Source: Candidatus Nomurabacteria bacterium
Lineage (GTDB): Bacteria; Patescibacteriota; Minisyncoccia; Phycocordibacterales; UBA9973
Assembly (NCBI GenBank): GCA_020850295.1
Contig: JADZEV010000010.1
Coordinates: forward strand, 1-34,993
Direction: 5' to 3'
DNA length: 34,993 nt
Positions 31,040-34,993 of this stretch are shown piece by piece; positions within the stretch are counted from its first letter, which is position 1; each line of letters starts with the position of its first letter. A program made the position numbers and the translations under genes. Below the pieces are notes generated by a model. It was given only the letters and a program-made list of their open reading frames with translations. It did no database searches and was not told the DNA's origin.

Positions 31040-32566
31040 ATGAAGAAAACATATGTATTAGGCGGGATAGTAATCCTTGCGCTTGCGGGCATTACTTTGC
31101 TTGCAAAGAATAACCCCATTTCCTCAACAGGAAATGCACTTACAGAGAAAATCTATGTGGCAGTCGAAGAAGAAGGCACTGTGAATGTCATTAACCCTGC
31201 CACAAACAAATCGATCAAAGTCATTGACCTCACTGAACATGAAACTGAAACGAAATATCTTCCGCACAATGTCCAAGCGTCCCCAGATGGAAAAAGCGTT
31301 TGGGTAACAGCTAATGCTGGAATGGAGGAGCATGACAGACATAGCTCGCTTTTCATTCCTACCGCATACGCCGATGAAGGACATGGTGAAATGAAGATGG
31401 ACACTGGAGATCAGGTTATCGTCATTGACCCTCAAGAGGACGCCATAATCAAACGAATACCGCTTGGAAGTGGTCAGCATCTTGCACACGTTGTGTTTAC
31501 CCCAGACGGATCTACGGCACTTATCGCGGCACAGGAAACAAATAAGCTCTACAAAGTTGATACGAGCAATTTCCTGCAAACAGAGATTAATCTACCCGAA
31601 GGAAGCGGTCCCCATGGTATGCGGCTCTCTCCTGACGGAAAGACTGCCTACGTTGCGTTCATGGATGGAAAGGGGCTTGGCGTCGTTAATCTAGAAAACG
31701 GAACGATAGAGGTAAAACCTCTGAACGGTTCAGCTGTTCAGACCGCAGTTACTCCCGATGGTAAATATGTAGCTGCGTCTGTGTATGAGACTCGCAGCGT
31801 TGCTTTGTACGATACTGCTTTCGAATCAGTATCGTATGTAGCCTTGCCAGAGGGTTCAGAGGGACCAGTGCAACTCTATCCGACTTCAGATTCTCGTTAC
31901 GTCTATATCGCAGATCAAGGTGTTCTACAGAACCGACCTCCAAACAACAAGCTGTATAAACTGGATCTTCAAACGAAAGAAATAGCTGAAAGTATTGCTG
32001 TCGGAAAAGCTCCTCATGGCGTGGTCATAAATGAAGATAACAGTAGGGCATATGTTACAAACCTTGAAGGAGGCACTGTCTCTGTAATTGATATGGAAAC
32101 AAGTAAGGAAATAACTCAAATATCGGTAGGCAGTAAGCCAAATGGTATAAGTATATGGAAAGGTCAAAACATTTCCGAAGAGAAGACTGCCCTTATGGGT
32201 GAGGAAATAATTGTCTACAAGACAGAGACGTGTGGTTGTTGCCATGTCTATGTAGAGTACCTTGAACGTGAAGATGTAAACGTAAAAGCGGTAGATGTTG
32301 CTGATCTTACTGCTATCAAAGACCGATACGGCGTTCCAACTAATCTACAGAGCTGCCACACTTCTATAGTTGGAGGCTATGTAATTGAGGGGCACATACC
32401 ACTTGAAGTAGTCGAGAAATTACTCGCTGAAAAACCAGCTATCAAAGGTATCGCCTTACCTGGAATGCCTTCAGGTTCTCCAGGAATGCCAGGACCAAAG
32501 ACAGAGAAATGGATCATCTATGCAATCGGTAATGATGGTGAAGTGACGGAGTTTATGAGTTACTAA
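31040..32566 (+). CDS. YVTN-type beta-propeller fused to a C-terminal DUF411/CopG-like metal-binding domain
   Basis: Repeated PHG..(S/T)PDGK..YV.. propeller blades including AYVTNLEGGTVSVID. The C-terminal ~130 aa carry CGCCH, LQSCHTSIVGGYVIEGHIP and GMPSGSPGM, as in DUF411/CopG. Confidence 0.75.
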   Translation: MKKTYVLGGIVILALAGITLLAKNNPISSTGNALTEKIYVAVEEEGTVNVINPATNKSIKVIDLTEHETETKYLPHNVQASPDGKSVWVTANAGMEEHDRHSSLFIPTAYADEGHGEMKMDTGDQVIVIDPQEDAIIKRIPLGSGQHLAHVVFTPDGSTALIAAQETNKLYKVDTSNFLQTEINLPEGSGPHGMRLSPDGKTAYVAFMDGKGLGVVNLENGTIEVKPLNGSAVQTAVTPDGKYVAASVYETRSVALYDTAFESVSYVALPEGSEGPVQLYPTSDSRYVYIADQGVLQNRPPNNKLYKLDLQTKEIAESIAVGKAPHGVVINEDNSRAYVTNLEGGTVSVIDMETSKEITQISVGSKPNGISIWKGQNISEEKTALMGEEIIVYKTETCGCCHVYVEYLEREDVNVKAVDVADLTAIKDRYGVPTNLQSCHTSIVGGYVIEGHIPLEVVEKLLAEKPAIKGIALPGMPSGSPGMPGPKTEKWIIYAIGNDGEVTEFMSY

Positions 32567-32605
32567 CATTAAGCTCGCGATATAAGCAACATAGGAACAT
32601 GAAAT

Positions 32606-32631
32606 AAAAACCACTCAGTCGAGTGGTTTTT
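32606..32631. terminator. Bidirectional terminator
   Basis: AAAAA-CCACTC-agtc-GAGTGG-TTTTT between convergent genes. Confidence 0.75.
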
Positions 32632-33430
32632 ATTTTGTTAATAGAATCTTCTTTTCAGATAACAAAATATTACCTTTCAAACATCCAAGTAATTCTCTTT
32701 TTTCTACATCAGCTCCTTCTTGTAGGAGGTATTTTGCGTAATTTCGTATATCTAAATCTGCCACTTCCACTTTGGTTTTGATGCCTAACATTGATTGCTG
32801 GAACTTCTTAAATCGCTCGACTTCTGACTTTATCTTTTCTTTAACCCCAATTTCGTCTATATCGATTTCGCTTATTAAATCCTCAAACTGTTTCAGGAGG
32901 TCTATTTCATTGATATATCCACATTTACAGTTCGGATCCCGTCGTTTGGTGCAACCATAATAGACATGACGGTGTACATTGCCGTTCTTTTGCTTTTTAA
33001 ACTTCTCATCGGCCGTAATACCTGAGCCACATAAACCACAGGTCATGAGTTTGGTAAAAGCGAATTCTTTGCCTTCGGATCTCACAAACTGGCTTTTTAC
33101 TTGCTCCTGCACCTGATCAAACAATTCTTTGGTAATTAATGGTTCGTGTGCACCTTTATACCAAAGCCCACTCTTTCTAGGATATTCAAATGATCCGTAA
33201 TAGAAATCATTTTGTAGAAGAAGATAAATATTACTCAAAGTCAGTCCTTTGTTACCATTTGGTGTTTTGAAGTTCATTTCAAATTTTAGCCAGTGATATA
33301 TTTTCTTACCACTCCATTTCTCATAAGCAACCTTCTCAAACATCTTCTTGATGATATGACCACGATCAGGGTCTATGTAGACATGACCTACTTCATAGAC
33401 ACAGAAGGAAATACTTTTGGTCTTCACCAA
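32630..33430 (-). pseudogene. 5'-truncated large serine recombinase (recombinase domain + zinc ribbon + coiled coil, no catalytic resolvase domain)
   Basis: Paralog of the 14797 LSR (FKKQKNGNVHRHVYYGCTKRR against FKRQKNGNVHEYTYYRCTKKR). The frame opens only with a TTG, the first ~160 aa including the catalytic Ser are absent, and the upstream DNA is AT-rich non-coding. Confidence 0.7.
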
Positions 33431-33615
33431 AGAATTTTAAAATAAAAAACTGCATAAACAGTTGACACTTACTTTATATTTTTTGTAAACCTTTATTTGT
33501 AATATAAAGAGGTGTAATTCGTCACTCTATATTGAATACCTTCACCTAATTTGTTCATCCTTAATAAGGTCGTTTTATTAGATTAATATAAATTATTAGT
33601 TTAATTCTTAGAAAT

Positions 33616-34119
33616 ATGAATAAAAAATTAATTTTCTTAACAATTTTTAGTTTTCTAGTGTTTGGTCTTTTTGGCCTTACTAATTTAAAAGTTGCTGAAG
33701 CTCAAACAGCAAGTTTTCCTGCGGGTTGTAGTTCTGCTTTAGGCTATAGCGTAACAACAGGATCTCCTTGTAATGGCACTTCTGTAGCTACTCCTATGTT
33801 TATGCCAGGTTGTGATTCTGCTTTAGGCTACAGCACTGTAAACGGTGCTCCGTGTAGTGGCGGACCTGTTGCTATATCATGGCTTGCTGGCTGTACATCA
33901 ATACTAGGTTATAGCGATATAACAGGTCTTCCTTGTAATGGAACATTTGTAGCTACAACTTCAACACCAGGCAACACCCCAACAACTCCAGGTCTTCCAA
34001 CAACAGGCTTTGGTGGTAATGCATTAATTAACGCAATGATACTTATATTTTCTGCTTCAATTGCTTCTTTAGGTTTCGTTTATATAAAGAGACAAAATTC
34101 TAGTGAGCAGGCAAAATAA
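33616..34119 (+). CDS. Secreted LPXTG-anchored protein with three Cys-pair repeats
   Basis: Signal peptide. Three copies of (A/P)GC.S.LGYS....G.PC.G..VA. Pro/Thr linker. LPTTG, then a hydrophobic helix and a KRQ tail (sortase sorting signal). Confidence 0.7.
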   Translation: MNKKLIFLTIFSFLVFGLFGLTNLKVAEAQTASFPAGCSSALGYSVTTGSPCNGTSVATPMFMPGCDSALGYSTVNGAPCSGGPVAISWLAGCTSILGYSDITGLPCNGTFVATTSTPGNTPTTPGLPTTGFGGNALINAMILIFSASIASLGFVYIKRQNSSEQAK

Positions 34120-34678
34120 AAAAAGTTACATTGCTAAAATAGTTTCTGTATTAGCGTTGGTAGTATTTGCCATTGTTATCATTAAATCCACAGTATATTC
34201 TCCAGAAATATCCGTTAAGTCTGCTACTACAGTTATTAATGCGCCTAGTCGTCTAGCTGTCCCTAGTCTTGATATAGATGCCAAGGTTCAGAAAGTAGGT
34301 ATTACTTTAAAAGGTAATATGGCAACACCAAATAACTTTGTTGATGTTGGTTGGTATGAATACGGACCTTTGCCAGGTCAGCTAGGAAGCGCTGTTATAG
34401 CTGGACATGTAAATAACGGACTAGCTTTTCCAGCAGTCTTTAGTAATCTAAAAAATATTGAGACAGGAGCTGATATTTATGTTGAAACACTTGGCAAAAA
34501 CACTTTACACTTTGTCGTTGTTGGTACCAAGGTCTACGACTTTGATGCAAAGGCTGATGAGGTGTTTAAACAAGATGACGGAAAGTTTCTCAAGCTTATA
34601 ACTTGCACAGGAACTTGGTCAGATCAATATAAAACTCATGACAAAAGATTGGTTGTAACAGCAATGCTAGTGGAATAA
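34103..34678 (+). CDS. Sortase family transpeptidase
   Basis: N-terminal TM anchor, catalytic His region AVIAGHVNN, catalytic Cys motif LKLITCTG, Arg near the C-terminus. GTG start overlapping the substrate gene by 17 nt. Confidence 0.75.
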   Translation: MSRQNKKSYIAKIVSVLALVVFAIVIIKSTVYSPEISVKSATTVINAPSRLAVPSLDIDAKVQKVGITLKGNMATPNNFVDVGWYEYGPLPGQLGSAVIAGHVNNGLAFPAVFSNLKNIETGADIYVETLGKNTLHFVVVGTKVYDFDAKADEVFKQDDGKFLKLITCTGTWSDQYKTHDKRLVVTAMLVE

Positions 34679-34682
34679 TAAA

Positions 34683-34713
34683 AATAAGACCTCGAGTTTG
34701 AGGTCTTATTTTT
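34683..34713. terminator. Bidirectional terminator
   Basis: AAGACCTC-gagttt-GAGGTCTT flanked by A and T runs. Confidence 0.7.
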
Positions 34714-34993
34714 ATTTGTCTTTTTTTATAATAGATTCATATTCAAATTTTATTTTATTAAAAATTTTTTCTGAATACTTATCTAAAACTCCGGGTGTAA
34801 AAAACTTTCTTTGGGTTATTAAGAAAATTACCAAAACAGCAGGTATCACAGCTAAACTAAAATTTAAGAAAAGTCCTATTAAAACTATCGCTCCATATAA
34901 CCACAATGACCATCTTTGATGTATATAGAGACCGTAAGCTACCGCTAAAAATGCTAGACCTGTAATAAGTCTATAAAAATGAAGTCCAAAGCC
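34712..34993 (-). CDS. Membrane protein, partial (continues past the window end)
   Basis: The reading frame stays open to position 34993 (GFGLHFYRLITGLAFLAVAYGLY...). Hydrophobic helices. A terminator lies immediately downstream. Confidence 0.5.
   Translation of the reverse strand, partial: GFGLHFYRLITGLAFLAVAYGLYIHQRWSLWLYGAIVLIGLFLNFSLAVIPAVLVIFLITQRKFFTPGVLDKYSEKIFNKIKFEYESIIKKDK

Larger units (their letters stand above)
27680..33430. mobile_element. Putative genomic island: copper/metal resistance cargo ending in a 5'-truncated LSR, adjacent to the tRNA-Gln locus
   Basis: Starts right after a tRNA 3' fragment. Spot-counted GC is ~45% inside copB against ~33% in the backbone. The cargo is a coherent metal-resistance set. 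A recombinase remnant sits at the distal end. Confidence 0.5.

Noticed and set aside
34698-34919. The plus-strand ORF 34698-34919.
   Set aside because: It starts inside the terminator hairpin. The minus-strand frame is hydrophobic, stays open to the window edge, and ends right at the terminator, so the minus-strand partial gene is preferred.
1-34993. Alternative genetic code (UGA recoding, as in some CPR lineages), and CRISPR arrays.
   Set aside because: All conserved genes are full length under the standard code, and tRNA-Trp has a plain CCA anticodon. No short direct-repeat and spacer array is visible anywhere in the window.

Overview
The window is AT-rich (about one third GC by eye) and gene-dense. 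Its gene content and style fit a reduced Patescibacteria/CPR-like bacterium, though that assignment is an inference. It uses the standard genetic code, has few Shine-Dalgarno sites, and many promoters sit 6-11 nt from the ATG. The backbone is housekeeping: TrmH/SpoU methyltransferase, NDH-2, family-4 UDG, ychF, rpmG, tRNA-Trp, miaA, parB, a Rel/SpoT homolog, topA, dprA, serS, an FtsQ-like protein, dus and dnaX. Two accessory regions stand out, and both combine a large serine recombinase (LSR) with the 3' end of a tRNA. Region 1 (12032-16411) lies between miaA and tRNA-Leu(CAA). A 3-gene cassette (S66 LD-carboxypeptidase/MccF-like, HIT hydrolase, NadD-like adenylyltransferase) is bracketed by a 198-bp near-perfect inverted repeat carrying an outward copy of the miaA promoter and two strong hairpins. 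Directly next to it, an intact LSR gene is bracketed by 147-bp inverted copies of a GC-rich, highly structured sequence that is also the tRNA-Leu trailer. One copy of that sequence is driven by the duplicated miaA promoter. The LSR ORF has no stop of its own and reads through the repeat and antisense tRNA-Leu. This is my top candidate for an undescribed system: an LSR element or switch with an associated structured RNA. Region 2 (27441-33430) holds an intact tRNA-Gln(UUG) nested between the two halves of a second, split tRNA-Gln-like gene. A higher-GC copper/metal-resistance island follows (CsoR-family repressor with its operator, His-rich CPH-type P1B ATPase, DUF305, beta-propeller-CopG/DUF411 fusion) and ends in a 5'-truncated LSR paralog. 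Other notable items are a soluble TraD/VirD4-like ATPase next to a lamin-tail-domain surface protein, an ECF sigma/anti-sigma pair, a promoter-to-terminator small-RNA candidate upstream of parB, and a sortase with a Cys-repeat LPXTG substrate. No CRISPR array, rRNA or reverse transcriptase was seen.
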